Shown: positions 1 to 14,340 of the stretch, one piece after another
Numbering within the stretch: position 1 is the stretch's first letter
Layout of the letters: each line of letters starts with the position of its first letter
From: the human T2T-CHM13v2.0 reference genome, Homo sapiens
Length of the DNA: 64,000 nucleotides
NCBI RefSeq assembly: GCF_009914755.1
Contig: NC_060929.1
Reading direction: 5' to 3' (one strand)
Made by a program: the position numbers and the translations under genes
The notes under the pieces: model-generated
What the model was told of the DNA's origin: nothing
Seen by the model: the letters and a program-made list of their open reading frames with translations, nothing else
Databases searched by the model: none

Positions 1-339
1 GTTAAAAATTATTTTCTGTCCTATTTTTTACTTGCTGAGTTCGAGTGTTGAGTTACTTGCCAAAGAGCTAAACTCAAATACTATGAGGAAGAGAAAAAAG
101 TAAAACAACAAGAGATAAAATCTGTTAAATTTGGAAGGGTAGAGAGGAAGTGAAAAATATAACACATTTAGTAGATATTTCACATACAAAAATTTATAAA
201 AACCAATAAGCTGTGAAACTCTTGCTGTAGCTGAAATAAAAGATATATGTAAATAAAGCATTTTCAAAAATAGGTCATTGCAACAATAGGTAGTAGATTA
301 CAAAGAACTGCACAGTAAAAATCTGTATGCAAAGTTATT

Positions 340-560
340 ATAATGCAGGTACTGAAGGGTGCACCTGCAAGGCAAGACATGGCACCAAGGACTGTGGCAG
401 ACACTGGAAGATGGAAGAGGCACTGGGTTTATTCCTTGGAGCCTGCAGCAGGATTCAACCTGCTGACATCTTAATTTTGGATCTCTGGCCTCCAGAACTG
501 TGAGAAAATAGGTTTCTGCTGTTTTAAGCTACCCTAGTTGTTATAGCAGACGCAGGATGC
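340..560 (+). mobile_element. MLT1-family (ERVL-MaLR) LTR, 3' part
   Basis: Typical MLT1 3' text: cctgctgacatcttaattttggatctctggcctccagaactgtgagaaaataggtttctgctgttttaagctacc. Boundaries approximate. Confidence 0.75.
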
Positions 561-903
561 TAGCAGACTCCTTAGAGAGGTACTCTGGCTGCTCTGTGGA
601 GCTGCAGTGGCACCAGGAGGGGACACTTCCATTCCAAAGGGAAAGGGTTCTCCCAGGCTGCAAGGATCAGACCCACAGGGAAGTGTGGACTTCCAGGGAA
701 AAAGGGGGCAAGTTGTTTGCTGGGGAGAATAAAAGGGGAAGTGCCGTATTCCATAGATGTGTAATGGAGGAAAATGTTGCCTGTGATATAGTATGGGAGG
801 AAAAAGTCATAAAGGAAGAGCACAATTTTCCCTTTAAGGTGAAAGATAAGTCAAAACAGTATCATCACATAAGATTAACATCTTCTATAAGATGTTCATT
901 TTT

Positions 904-1333
<430 letters not shown>

Positions 1334-2243
1334 TTACTATACATAGAAAAAATTTCCTTGCAATTACACATAGTGGATTTGTTTATAGCTCTATTATGCT
1401 GAATGTACAATTAATCTGAAACCTGGGACTAAAACATGAAAAGTAAAGGATGTGTCAAGTGTCACTGGGAACTACAACAGATTGTGGTCATTACATTTAT
1501 GCTATTAAAATATTATCATGTATTGAGTACAGCCCCTTGATATTTCACTGTGTGTTTTCTTTTGCAAATTCAATTAAATTGGAATAATATCGATGACATT
1601 CTTTTGGCCCGAGCTTGTCATCAGAAATCTTTTTTCTAATTCTGATTATCCCCCCCGATTAATTAATGTGAAAAATGTGAAATTCACAAGCATCTACTCT
1701 CCTCAAATCCCTTCTCAGTCAGAGGAAAAATGAAGCCCTCCCCCGGCTGCTCTACAATCCGCCTCTGCCTCTGCCAGAGATGTTGAGGATAAAGTAATCA
1801 CATGTGGAATTCTCGGGGCTTCTCAGAAGTAATCTAATTTGTGTACTTAGAAGGTTTACTTCGAGGATAAAGGAAACTCAAATTCCTGTGAAGTGTTGCA
1901 AGATTCTCAGAAGAAAGGCAGCAGGTGCATTTGGTGACTCTCACCCTGTATGTTAATATGCGGGGGAGTTAAATTCAAGTGCACCCGTCTTTATTGTAAA
2001 GCACAGTAAAAAGTTCTTTCCCTTTAAGATGTGTGGTTTGTCTGGTGACTGCGTCAAGTAAGTTAATCCCCTGGTTACTGATATTACTAAATTTCATTTG
2101 AAATAGAGGCGGTGGAGCAGGCTTTAGCTATGGATTTTATAGCATTGTTACCGAAATTTCTTTGTGAGATCCATCTAAAAATAGAAATCAGAAGAAGCAG
2201 ATGCTCACGTTTTGGTAACTTTGTTGTCAAAAATGTCACAAGG

Positions 2244-2718
<475 letters not shown>

Positions 2719-4039
2719 TCAGAATCAATCCCAATCTGATGGCCATAACTGCCCATCTGTCCTCTTTCTCTTGTTATTCACCAAATTCAAGAAACCTTTC
2801 ATGTACCCCTCCTTCTATTCATCATCTGAAGGCTTTCCTAGACTCCCTGAGCATCACAGAAAACACTCAGCTTCCTTCTTGGGTAGCTAGCTAACGGTGC
2901 CTCAGGTCACTCTGTTCCATCTGTGCTCTTTCCATTCCAGCCTGAGCCCAGCCTCACTGCCTAGGGTCATGCAGATGACATGGGCTGTCTGATCCAGCCC
3001 ACTCCAGCAGTGGTCTTGGTGGGCCCACCTCATCCCTCCGTCCTGAGCCACACTACTTTGTGGAACTTTGGCCTCAGGATCTTTCAAGGTAAGAGCTTCT
3101 TCTTGTTTTAAATACTTTAGGAACAGATTATAGAGACAAGTGCATAGGAATGATTTACAGAACAGGACGATGCTGGTACAAGAGCAGGCTCTTCTGCCCT
3201 CTATACCACAGAACCAGGACACGTGCTTTCTCACTCTGTGCTAGTATTTTGATCACAGAAATCAACATGTAATCAAAATGGTAGAGAAATTTCTGAACAA
3301 ACTCTAGGGAAGTTTCCAGTGTAAATTTTAGTCATCTTGAGCCAAATTCTATTGTAAATTACACATAATGGATAATAAGACATAAAAACTAATAATTGAG
3401 GGAGTAAATAGAAGACTATACACACCATGTATCTATAAACTTGAAAAAAGTTTCGTATCCAAATGACTTGCTTAGTGTCACTGTACTTAAAATATTACTG
3501 AACAAAGTCTAAATTAAAAGTGCCGTTTTATTAGTAGACAGAGGCATAAGCACACACACACACATGCCCACACATACACACAGACTCCAAATATTTGAAG
3601 AAAATTTAAAGTATTAAACATGAAAATTACCACTTATGTAGAGCAGCAACACTCAGTTTGTGCACATGTTACCGAGTGCTACTAGCAGGGTTAGCCCAAG
3701 AGGACAGTGTGAAAAGAAAAATCAAAATGTGCTTTTGGAGCCTCCTACCTCCTGAGTCAAATTTTTTTTTCCAGGCCAATTCCATGGCTTTATTTTTTTT
3801 CCTTTCTGCTGCTATCAGCTAAATTCTTCTAATGAGTAAACCTAATCTCTTTCCACCTATTTTGTCAAACTTCAGGACATTCCTCTAGGATCAGTGCCAT
3901 GGACCATTGCCTGTAAAGTATTGCTTGAGCTCACCCTCGTGGATATAATCCTGTCTCCTTCTCAGTTCTATCACATTCTATCGGGGAACATCAATGGGAA
4001 GAAACACTGAGGTTCAGGCAGGCACTTTGTAGTCCAAAA

Positions 4040-4245
4040 GATCTTGTTTCAAATTCACATCAAGAATCTACCAGTGGGGACAGTGTAGATAAGTTGCTTA
4101 AACTGTAGGCACTTTCATTTTCTAACTGTACATGGACGACAGTAATGTCTAACTTAGATCATTCTTATGATAATTCACTGAGGCAGGGTACATAAAACAT
4201 TTAACACAGTGCCTAACATATCATAAGCCCTTGATTATCGTCTTA
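4040..4245 (+). mobile_element. MIR SINE (degenerate)
   Basis: Core and 3' similarity: aagttgcttaaactg...ttttctaactgtacatgg...catttaacacagtgcctaacata. Confidence 0.65.
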
Positions 4246-4874
4246 TGTCATTACTGTGTTGTTATGACATGTATTTCTCATTCAAATTACAGTTAATTGT
4301 CTCTCTGTCTAGATTATTTTTATGAGACTCTTAAAACTCTTTGAAAACAACGCCTGTGGCTGGTTGTCCTTTATGTCTGCCTAAGCGTGCACCCACTGCT
4401 TTTTGAGTGAATGTAGATTGTATAACATGGCATGACACGGTGATAAGAGAGCCTCCCTTGGAGAAACAGGGGAAACGAGACCTGACTACCCACCTCAAGT
4501 ACGCTGTTCTTCCCTGAATTAGAACCACAGAGCCTGAATAGGCCAGAGCATGTCCCGGAGGCCTCATAGCAAGAATGGCAAGTGCTCTCTGTCTGCACTT
4601 GTATGAGCTTTATTTCGTTAGCCAACACCTAACATAAAAGTAATTAACTGCATTGTTAAGATCCTAAATGAGTTCAAATCTTTCCCATAAACATTTTTTT
4701 CTTGAAGTCATATTGTTCATCTCAGACTTCTTATTCAGAATTCCTAATTCAGAGTACCTCTGAATCGCCAGACACGATGAGTATGAGTATAGACAAAGGA
4801 AGGCATGTAACTGAGAAAGTTTGAGACTTAGTTGCATGAAGAAAATGGGGCTGCTCATCTGTGCAGTGTACCCG

Positions 4875-5350
4875 CCCTAATCAGTTAGCCATTTCTGCTT
4901 AACTACCCCTTCCCCAAACTCATTGGCTTAAACGGCAGTTATTATTTTTTTCACCTGTGTTTATGTGTCCTTGGGGAAGGGTTGATATAGGCTGGACTCA
5001 GCCGGTTGAATCTTCTGTGCATCACCTGGATCTGGAATTTCCCCAGGCATCTGGTTTAGATCTGTTTCAAATATGTCCATCGTGGGCATAGGCTGAAAAT
5101 GTGGTAGCGAGCACCATGCTTTTCTTATGACAATGGCATCCACTTGCATTGACTCCACTCACATCCCACTAACCCCAGCAAGTCACAGGCTGGACACAGA
5201 CCAAGAAGCGGAAGGCATATTTTCTCCATGCAGAGGAGATGCAAAACACATGGCAGAGCAAAAAAAAAAAAAAAAAGAATATGCAGCTTGGAAGGGGTGA
5301 GACGGTGACTATTTCTGAACAAGAATCAAAGCTGCAAAGCTGCCACATGT
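4875..5350 (-). mobile_element. Old MLT1-family LTR
   Basis: tcagttagccatttctgc...ccccaaactcattggcttaaac...ggctggactcagc resembles reverse-strand MLT1 termini. Confidence 0.5.
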
Positions 5351-6427
5351 CCCAAGATTCTACTGTACAAACACTAAGCATAATCAGCCTTGAGCATCAA
5401 AAAAAATGCAAGAAAAACACCTGTAAACTAAAGGGCTGCTTTCAATGTATGACAAAGAATGTCTCTGACAAATTTAGAGTGCCATTTTCTCCTTTGGTTT
5501 ATGTTTTCACATGAAGACATTTTGAATTCTATTCTTCTAAACATAAAGAAAATATAATTTTACACAATCTCTTTTTTTATTTAGATTTTTAACTATTTTA
5601 TATTGAATTTTTTTATTTGCAGATAATGTTCAATGGACTTGAGTTTTATGTAGGAGATTAAGTTCTCTTATAGCTAAATATTGAAGTAAATTCATTTGAA
5701 TCTTGATTGAGACATTGTGAAGGAGCTAGGGAGTTGCATACCACAAGGTTGGATTAATGTAAATTGATTTGTCCAAGGTTATTTGTTTAGATAATGGAGG
5801 TAATAGAATGAGGGCCCTAGGTCTCAGGGAACTGAAGCTCTGAGACGTCCCATCCTGTCATCATGTTCAAAGCAAGTTCACATCAGGGCAGACTCCATTT
5901 AGGCAGGGAAAATTCAATTAGGATCATTCTGTGGACTGAAGACTCCCATGGGGAATTGGAGTAGAAATATGGAGAGCTTGTTGTCTTAACAAAATATATG
6001 CTAACAAATGACTTTTTTGGCCCTGGCTTGGGCTCTCTCTCGTGTATGTGTGTGTGTGTGTGTGTGTTTTCTGGCATATTAATATAATGCAGTTTGTGAA
6101 GAAAAGTAAGTTGTATTTTTAAAGTCTATCGTTTAAATGATTTTGCATATGTCTCTTCCTACTTAAAAAATAATGAGTTATATTTTCAATGAAGGGCCCC
6201 TCCAGCATTTCCTAGTGTATGAATTCTTCTTTTATGGATTCAGATATGGGTCAAATCATATTGTCCCAAACCTAATCATGGACTTAAAGATCTGTTGTCA
6301 TTTTATACCTCTGACATACGTAATAGTCCTGTTTCTTAATTTGATAATGGATAATTTGTGTCTGTGTGTGTTTATGTGTGTGTGTGTGCATACACATGAA
6401 CTTAATATCAATCCTAAATCAAATAAG

Positions 6428-6735
6428 AGCTGGACACAGTGGCTCATGCCTATAATCCCATCCCAGCACTTTGGAAGGTAGAGGATGGAGGATTGCTTGG
6501 ACCCAGGAGTTCGAACCAGCCTGTGCAACAAGGTGAGACTCCATCTCTATAAAAAAATATAGCTGGGTGTGGTGGGTGCACTTGTGGTTTCAACTACTTG
6601 AGAGGCAGAGGTGGGAGGGTCACTTGAGACTGGGAGTTTGAGGCTGCAGTGGTACATGATTGCACCATAGAACCCCAACCTGGGTGACAGAGTAAGACCC
6701 TGTCTCTAAAAATAAAATAATAATAATTATTAATA
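6428..6735 (+). mobile_element. AluJ SINE
   Basis: J-type ggaggattgcttggacccaggagttcg and gaggctgcagtg...atgattgcacca; highly diverged; (TAA)-rich tail. Confidence 0.93.
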
Positions 6736-7682
6736 ATAAATCAGAAATCGTTTCTGAAAGTAAATAAAACAGTAAACTTGCAAGAGTGAAGTGCATTTTT
6801 CCCCCGTAATCTGTAATTTTAGAGATCACAGAAGGTTTTTTTCCCTGTTCACAGTAACAAATACAGTCATTGATTAAAACTTCACAGATAAGTAAAACCT
6901 CTAAGAAATATTATTCTGGAAACTTTATTTTGTTAGTTTAACTCACCATAAGTCACTATGAAATAATACTGAGTGACAATCTGAGACTGACTCTCCAGGA
7001 AATAAATAACATAGGAGATAAAAATGCTTTCCTTGTGATTACGGAGGCATGCCCTAGTCTTGCAATGAGTAACATGCAGCACGTATGCTGGGACGTGCCA
7101 GCCTTGACTGTGGAAAGTGCCCAGCTTACCCCGTGACAGGTCCTCGTCACCCAGGATGGTTCCTTGCAGTTTCAAAGGATTTCTAAAAGGGCAATCCAGG
7201 CCGGTCCTGTGCACCTCATCTTTCACTCAGATGAGTCAAAACCCCCGCTCGGATGGCAAATTGGGGTCTAAGTTTAAGCAAGAGCCAAAGTCCACCACGC
7301 ACCTTGAATATTTATAAAGTATGTCATAGGACTGGAAGCATAAAGTCTAAATAACATCAACATTAAAGTTGCTGAAAAGTACAAGAATAACTGGAAGAGT
7401 CAACAACACGACTCCAGCTGGTACCTTGGCAAAGTTATGCCAGAAACTTCTCTCTTTCCTGGTTCTTCTCTGACCTAGATGACATGGGGATTTGGGATTC
7501 CAAGACTACAGAGGGAAAGGGTCATATTTTCTCCAAAGGCTAAAAAAAACAGATACTTCGGCCCCTAGCCAAGCACTGCAGTTTGCTATTAACCAACAAA
7601 TTCAAATATTGATTGATCCCTCCTAAAACATTGGTCACATCGAAATCTGCCAGCTGCTCTGCACAGCATGTGCCTGCCTGGC

Positions 7683-8022
7683 ATGTGTATGTATGTGTGT
7701 GTGTGTTGTGTGTTTGTGTGTGTTTGTTGTGTGTGTGTTTGTGTGTGTGCTTGTGTGTGTTGTGTGTTTTGTGTGTATGTTGCATGTGTGTTGTTTGTGT
7801 TTGTGTTGTGCGTTTGTGTTTGTTATGTTTATTGTGTGTTTGTATGTGTGTTGTGTGTATGTATGTTGTGTGTATGTGTGTTGTGTGTGTTTGTGTGTTG
7901 TATGTGTGTTGTGTGTGTTGTCTTTGCTTTTTGTGTGTTTTTTGTGTGTGCTTGTGTGTGTTGTGTGTGTGTGTGTTGTGTTTGTTGTGTGTGCACGTGT
8001 GTATATGTATGTGTGTGTGTGT
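7683..8022. repeat. Long degenerate (TG)n/(TTG) low-complexity tract, about 340 bp
   Basis: Nearly pure T/G sequence built from tgtgtgttg and tgtgtgtttg variants; source of the Cys/Val- and His/Thr-rich ORFs. Confidence 0.97.
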
Positions 8023-10214
8023 GCGCATGCTCCCTTGACCACATGCTTTTTTGCACAGGCTACCTCCATGCTGCTCACAGTTTCCCATCCAGCTACTCTG
8101 CACAGAGCCTGTTTCCCCACCACTTATGGCTTCTTATCCACACCAGGAACCCTTGGCCACAGCCCCTTCATGTCCTGTTTCTGTGTCCTCGTGAATCCAG
8201 GAGAAGACATTTGTCCCGACACTCTGCTGTAAGCATCTCCCTAATTCCTCACAGCACCACCTACGAGGTTTGTGAGTGATGGGAATATCATGAAGGCCTG
8301 AGGGTGAGCGCAGTAACCACTCTAGGTTTCTGGAATTTCAGGCTGCCTGTGAATAGGACTATTTTTACAAGCAGCTGGACAGGACCCGCTCTCCAGTCTT
8401 GACTCCTCTTGCTCATAAACTGCTTTAAGTCTCCACAGCACAAAGCCTCATGTCCCCTTAGGGAAGGGGCTTAAACTGTCATCTATTTTTCCAGCTCCGT
8501 CATTGACAGCCCCAGGAGCTAACTGATTCATTGACTATTGGATAAATGTGTATTCAGTCACATATTGCATCAGTGAGGCTAATGGACTAGTAAGGGCAGT
8601 ACTTGCAGGGGAAGACAGAAGGAGGAGAATCAAAAAGCCTTCCTCGATTATTGTCTTGAGCGACGAAGTGGGTGGCGGTGCTGTTTATTGAGCTGGGGGA
8701 TGTAATGGTATTACTTTTTCCTAAAGTCTGAGTTACTCAGGACTAATAAAACAGTAATCAAATTCCAATTGGCATTTGATCTTCCAACTGTAGCACAATA
8801 TTTAAATCACGAAATACAACATGTAGCAAGTGTTCCTTCTGCTTTTGGATTATCTAAGGTCAAGAGTAAGAACCTGTAATAGTGAGCTGTACCCACACTT
8901 ATCTTCTCCAAGGACCAATGTTCATTACTACAAACACATCTCAGCTTCATATTAAGGAATACAATTATTTCTCTTGTTGGCCTTTCTTGGCTATAGAGAT
9001 TCAAGGTAAACATCTAAAATGACAGCTTTTTCTGCTGCCTTAAGACAGATGACCTTTGTGTTTATGTGTTTTCCCCCATAATTCTCTCAGTAAGCTGCAA
9101 GGCAGGATGAGAGTTTATTTTCCTTATTTTCAAGCATTTCCTAATATTACAATCATACTTTGAAAAGGAGTCACACAGGTAGAAATCTTGCAGTTTTCCT
9201 CTAAGGATTTTCCAGAGCTGGAGTTTTGATCAAGTGACTTTAATGATTATGCTCCAATGATCAAGGAAGTCTCTTGAGTGAGCACAGGGCATTCCCTAGA
9301 TAACCTAGCTGAAGGATCCTTTGAAATAGCCCCAACTTCTCTTGTTTCAAAGTCGTGGGTATAAAACAATTATGATTAACCCAAACAAAACAACGCTTAC
9401 TCCAAGAATGGAGGGAAGACCAGAACTTCACAGAAGCATCTGGCACCAATACCTGAACATTCTGTGGGTTACATGGCCTTTGGAGAGGAAACCAAGGGTG
9501 TCTGTTCCAATCCCTGAATACTGCCAGGATAAGTCTCTTTTATATACCATACTACATTCCTGATGAGCTATTAGCATCATTTTATTGCATTTATAATGTG
9601 TATTTATTTCTTTAAAGAGTCTCAAACTGAAGCACGTCATGTTTAAACACCATCATTAGGCATATAGTATTGCAAACGGTTATCTGGAAGACAATGTTTT
9701 GTTTTTCTCCACTGTGTTTGTGCAGGGCCAAACATGCTGACACCATGTGCCACTCATCTGATAGCCTGAAGGGTAAATAGCCAGAGAGCTGGCATTTTGA
9801 ACTATGTGGGTGCTGCCATCACACTAATGCCTAATTTATTTGGCCCTCTTCATAATGATTTTTAAATACAGAATCATGGTGGTTTTAAAACCAATAATTT
9901 TGGGGTGGAACAAAATATTCACAAAAATTGTAGTTCGTTATCTTCAAGTAAATTAAAATGTTTCTATAAAAAAACAGTAACCAGTAATCATATATACTAT
10001 TCGTTGTAAACTAGTTCATGTCATTTTTTTGGCTTACAAGTATGACTGTTCTCCAGAGATGATGTCATCTGTATTTCCAAACAAGTTAGCAGCATTTCCA
10101 TGCATTGCTTGCCTTTCTAATAGAGAAGTGTTTGCAAAGTGTCATGAAAGTTAACTTGGTTTGACTATTCATCCACATGATGTGGTAAACTGTAAAGTTG
10201 TAATCTGGATTACG

Positions 10215-10549
10215 TTTGTTGACTTCCATTTCCAAAGATAATTATTTCTTGTAAAAACAAATCACTCCAGAATATACTTCATGTAGCTTTAAAGACAAAA
10301 TACCTAAGTAATTAGAAGATTATAAATATGAGAGTTAGGTCACATTCTACTTTATATCAATCCTGAGCTACCCATTCTCCTTTTGTTGACTTCCATTTCC
10401 AAACGTAATTCTTTCTTGGAAAAATGAATCACCCCAGAATATATTTCATGTAGCTTTAAAGACAAAAATACTTAAGTAACTAGAAGATTCTAAATATGAA
10501 TGTTAGGTGATATTCTACTTTATATCTGTCCTGAGCTACCCATTTTCCT
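10215..10549. repeat. Two-copy tandem duplication, 167/168-bp unit
   Basis: Unit 1 (10215-10381) and unit 2 (10382-10549) both run tttgttgacttccatttccaaa...cctgagctacccatt(c/t)tcct. Confidence 0.95.
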
Positions 10550-13500
10550 CTAGTTCACACTATCAAACCTATAAAAATTATTTTATCAATAATGGTAAGA
10601 TTAGTGCAAAACTCCAGCTCCACAGGTACAGTGGTCCAAAGTTCAGGCCCCATGGGCTTTGTTATGTCTATTCTGGAGGCTAAAAAGGATGTTCACGGAG
10701 GTTCTGGATAATTAGGTCATAGGCTGGAGCTAAGGCAGCCTATAGAATTAGCCACTGCAGTCAGGGACTCAGGCAACCACCTCTACTTCTTGCCATCCAC
10801 TCTAATTCTTGCTCATCTTGTCTCCTAGATGGAACCTTGACAGTTAGACACCTAACCCATCAGTTCATCATGTATACCAAGAAATAGATGTGTATGCAGT
10901 TCAGGTAACTGGGATTTAAAAAAAAAAAACTCCTTTAAGAAAATAATATCTCATACTTTATCTGAAATAGCAACGAGTTTGCTGTTGGAGATACTGACCT
11001 TAATATGCTGCACATGCTAACTCAATCAAGACTCACACTAACTCCTTGAGTTAATTGCTATTTCGCTCACATTTTAGGAGAGAGATCTGAGGATAATTTT
11101 CCCATTGTGCAATGTATGTGCAAGTCATAATTTGAAATGGGGTGATCTAGCTCCAGAATCTATTTGTCTCTCAAGCATCAAAACTAAAAGAATAATATCC
11201 AAAGTCAATCTTCAGGAAATGAGGGCAGCACTCTGAAGCTTAAAGAGAAGGTTACTATTGTATCAAACTCAGTAATAATAGAAAATTGGCTTTTACACAA
11301 GAATAGGACTCTGCTTTCACCTTACGATTTTCCATGCAGGCATTCATCTCTGTAGTTGTCTGTTGCTCGTGTGTGGACTTCATGACAACTATCGAGATTA
11401 TGATTGATTGGCGTAAGATGAGACAGCTGAATGTGACTCTGGGTCCAATAACTGCATTCATATAATGTTTGGATGACAGCCAAAACATCATCCAAATTTG
11501 GGAACCTGTTGAACAAGCAAGCAAGAGCTGTCATAATAAGACTTTCTAGGTCATTTCATAAATACCTATTTAGAAGATGATACGGGAGTTGAAAATAATT
11601 AAAGTCCAATTCATTACTAGGTTTAATAAGCAGTATTGTCAATGAGTATTGGCCCTAAGAAATTAGCATAAAGAGTCTGAAAATGCATTACTCTGACCAT
11701 ACAGTGCTCGTGTTAATATTCCGTGATTTGAAGAATGTCACGATGACTCTTCATTTGGAATCAGAACATCCAGGTAATGAAGCTGTGTGATGGTCATCAA
11801 GTGTGAAGGTTAAGATGATTGGACTTCTGGTGTGTAGGTTGATTTAGCAGGTTACATTAGCTTTCCCAGGAGTAGAACTAATTCAAGCTAAAATCTTTTT
11901 TCCAGCTGTCAGAATATTTCTTTGCAATTTGCTGTCGAGGGCGTCCCCACTACGTGCCATTTTTCAGCTATTTCTCATGACTGCCTCTCTGGCTGAGCCC
12001 AAGATTTACCAAGCCCAGGGTTCTGTCCCAGCTGCTGTCATGCAGATGTGCAAGTGGGAGAGCCCCATGGCTGCCCTCGGCTGGGGCTGTCAACCTCCAA
12101 CATTTAACATGGCCCTTCCAACCAGCCATGGCCTCTGCACATCTGTTTTTTCAACAAGAATGAACTTGTTCCCATTGTGGATCTAACATGCACGGGACGA
12201 GAAATTAAGAGCAAGGGATCCAAGGAAATTACATTAACTAGTTAAACGTCATAATTTAAATATTCAAATTCCTTAGTAGCCAAAAAGGCAACAAGAGGAG
12301 CTTGTAATGAAGAGTGCACACACACACATTCACACACACTGACACACAAAGGCACACACATTTTCCAAGAGAAGCTTAGGGGGCTATCCTGTTCTGTGTC
12401 TTTACTCTTTGAATACACTAGGACTCTGTGGAGGCCCCATAATTGAGTTACAGCCATCACCCATATATTAGATTCCAGCCTGAGCCATGGCAAGTCTAAG
12501 TAATAGATTGAAAAATACAATTATTGCTTACCTACAGAATTCCTTTGCTTGGGAGGTAAGGCATATATATCAGAAAAGTTGTTGTGTTTTTTTCCCCAGG
12601 CCTATTCAATAAATGAACATTACACCAGGATTCTTACACAGAGTATCTCTGAAATGGGTTTTGTATTGATTTTTGTAACTACCCTGTTAGATGACGTTAT
12701 CCCTTAGTGTGTCAGGTTTAGACTGGTCCGCCCGGAGCAGGTCATTGAGGTGATAACTGTCATTTGGAGGGACAGAAAAGCAATCATAGCTTTTTCATTA
12801 CTTACTGTTTTCCCCCTGCGAGTGTGGGATCATTTGACATATTATGGCTTCTGTGATTTAAGCTGCATTTCTAAATTAAGTGCTAGAATATCACTCTGTG
12901 GGTTAGAAAAATCAACTTGATGTCAAAGAACCTCAGGCCCTGTGGATCACACGTATGCATGCTTCCTTCATGATACCCTCTAAAATTTTAAGAGAAATGG
13001 ATTGTTAACCGCAGAAATAAATATATACCTTGTTCTTGAAAAGCATTGCATGCAAATCAGAAAAAAATCCATTAGGTTAAAGCTTTCTCATTTTTTTCTT
13101 TAATTTTATAACCATTGTTAGGGAAAAAAAAAAACAAACAAACCAGAAACAACAAGATCAGTTTTATCACAAATGTAGATTTGAAGCCCATGCTGTTTTA
13201 AAATTCTAATAAAGGTAACATTAATTTTTAAATTGCATCAACTTCATGAAAATATCTTTTTCTAGGAACTGTAGTTTGACTGTGTAACACAAAGGAATGA
13301 GGGCAGGAAAAAATCTAAAAATGAAACATACTGAGTAACCATTTCTAAAAGCAACCAAGAAGAATCATCAAGAGCTAAACAGGTAGCAGGGAAAGAGATA
13401 AATCCGTGTAGGGTGGTGCCAACCTGTTCCTTTAGCACCATATTCTGACTGTTTTAGCTCCCACCCACTGCCCTCCACATGTTGTGTTGCTGGAGAATCA

Positions 13501-13964
13501 GATGGACGGTAAACACCAAGGAGGCAGAGCAGCCTCCCATGGGCTAGACTCTGAGGACTCGGCATGGGTCATGAATTTGGGACTCTCCATGGTTCATTTT
13601 TCCAGAGGGATCTGCAAGGCTTCTCCATTCCACCTAACGGATCTGCTCCAAAAATTGTGATTCTTTTTTTAAATTAACGTTTCAAACTCATACTCTCTCT
13701 ACCAGTGTTCTTTGAACCAATCAATATGCTCAAGTCATTCCTAAGTTGAAGCATCCCAAGTAGTCCACTACTGCATGCTCAATGAATCTTCCACCTGCTG
13801 CTCTCATTCTTGCCCAATTTTCCTGCTTCCATGCCCTGGTTGTTTCCTTATTTTGCCACAACCTTGTTCTTCCTTTTGATAAGACAACCACAAACTTCAA
13901 AGGTTGAAACTTTAATATGTTCAAATATATTACTTCCTTTGAAGTAATATTTTTGTTAATCAAG

Positions 13965-14085
13965 AAATTTTCAGTCCTCATTCTCTTGACTTTTCTCTAA
14001 TATACTATTCCTTTCTCCTTCCATCATGTTGCTAAGAATACACTCAGTCACATGTTTCTCTTGCTCTTTCTCTGTTCATTCTTTT
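13965..14085 (+). mobile_element. L2 LINE fragment
   Basis: ttttcagtcctcattctcttgacttttctc resembles the L2 RT-region consensus. Confidence 0.45.
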
Positions 14086-14137
14086 TTAAAAAGTATTGAA
14101 AAATATTATTTTCTATTTTTTGTTAAATTAAATAACC

Positions 14138-14335
14138 TTATTATTTATCTACTGATGCATAACCAATCAGCCCAAAACTTTGCAGCCTAAAATAATGAAC
14201 ATCTGTTATCTTGTATACTATGGGTCAGGAACCTGGGCAGTACCTCACTGGGTTTCTCTCTCTGAGTTTCCCACAAGGCCACAGACTGAGATGTCAGCAG
14301 GAACTGAGAAGGCTCAGACAGGGAGGAATCTGCCC
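14138..14335 (-). mobile_element. MLT1-family LTR fragment
   Basis: tatctactgatgcataacc...cccaaaactt...atgggtcaggaacctgggcag...gagatgtcagcagg. Confidence 0.65.
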
Positions 14336-14340
14336 TGCAG

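Noticed and set aside
7540-8279. Long Cys/Val- and His/Thr-rich ORFs (up to 203 aa)
   Set aside because: Artefacts of the stop-free TG repeat.
10215-10549. Possible alpha-satellite or CRISPR-like array
   Set aside because: Only two units, no spacers, and no recognisable alphoid sequence or CENP-B box; the context is eukaryotic.
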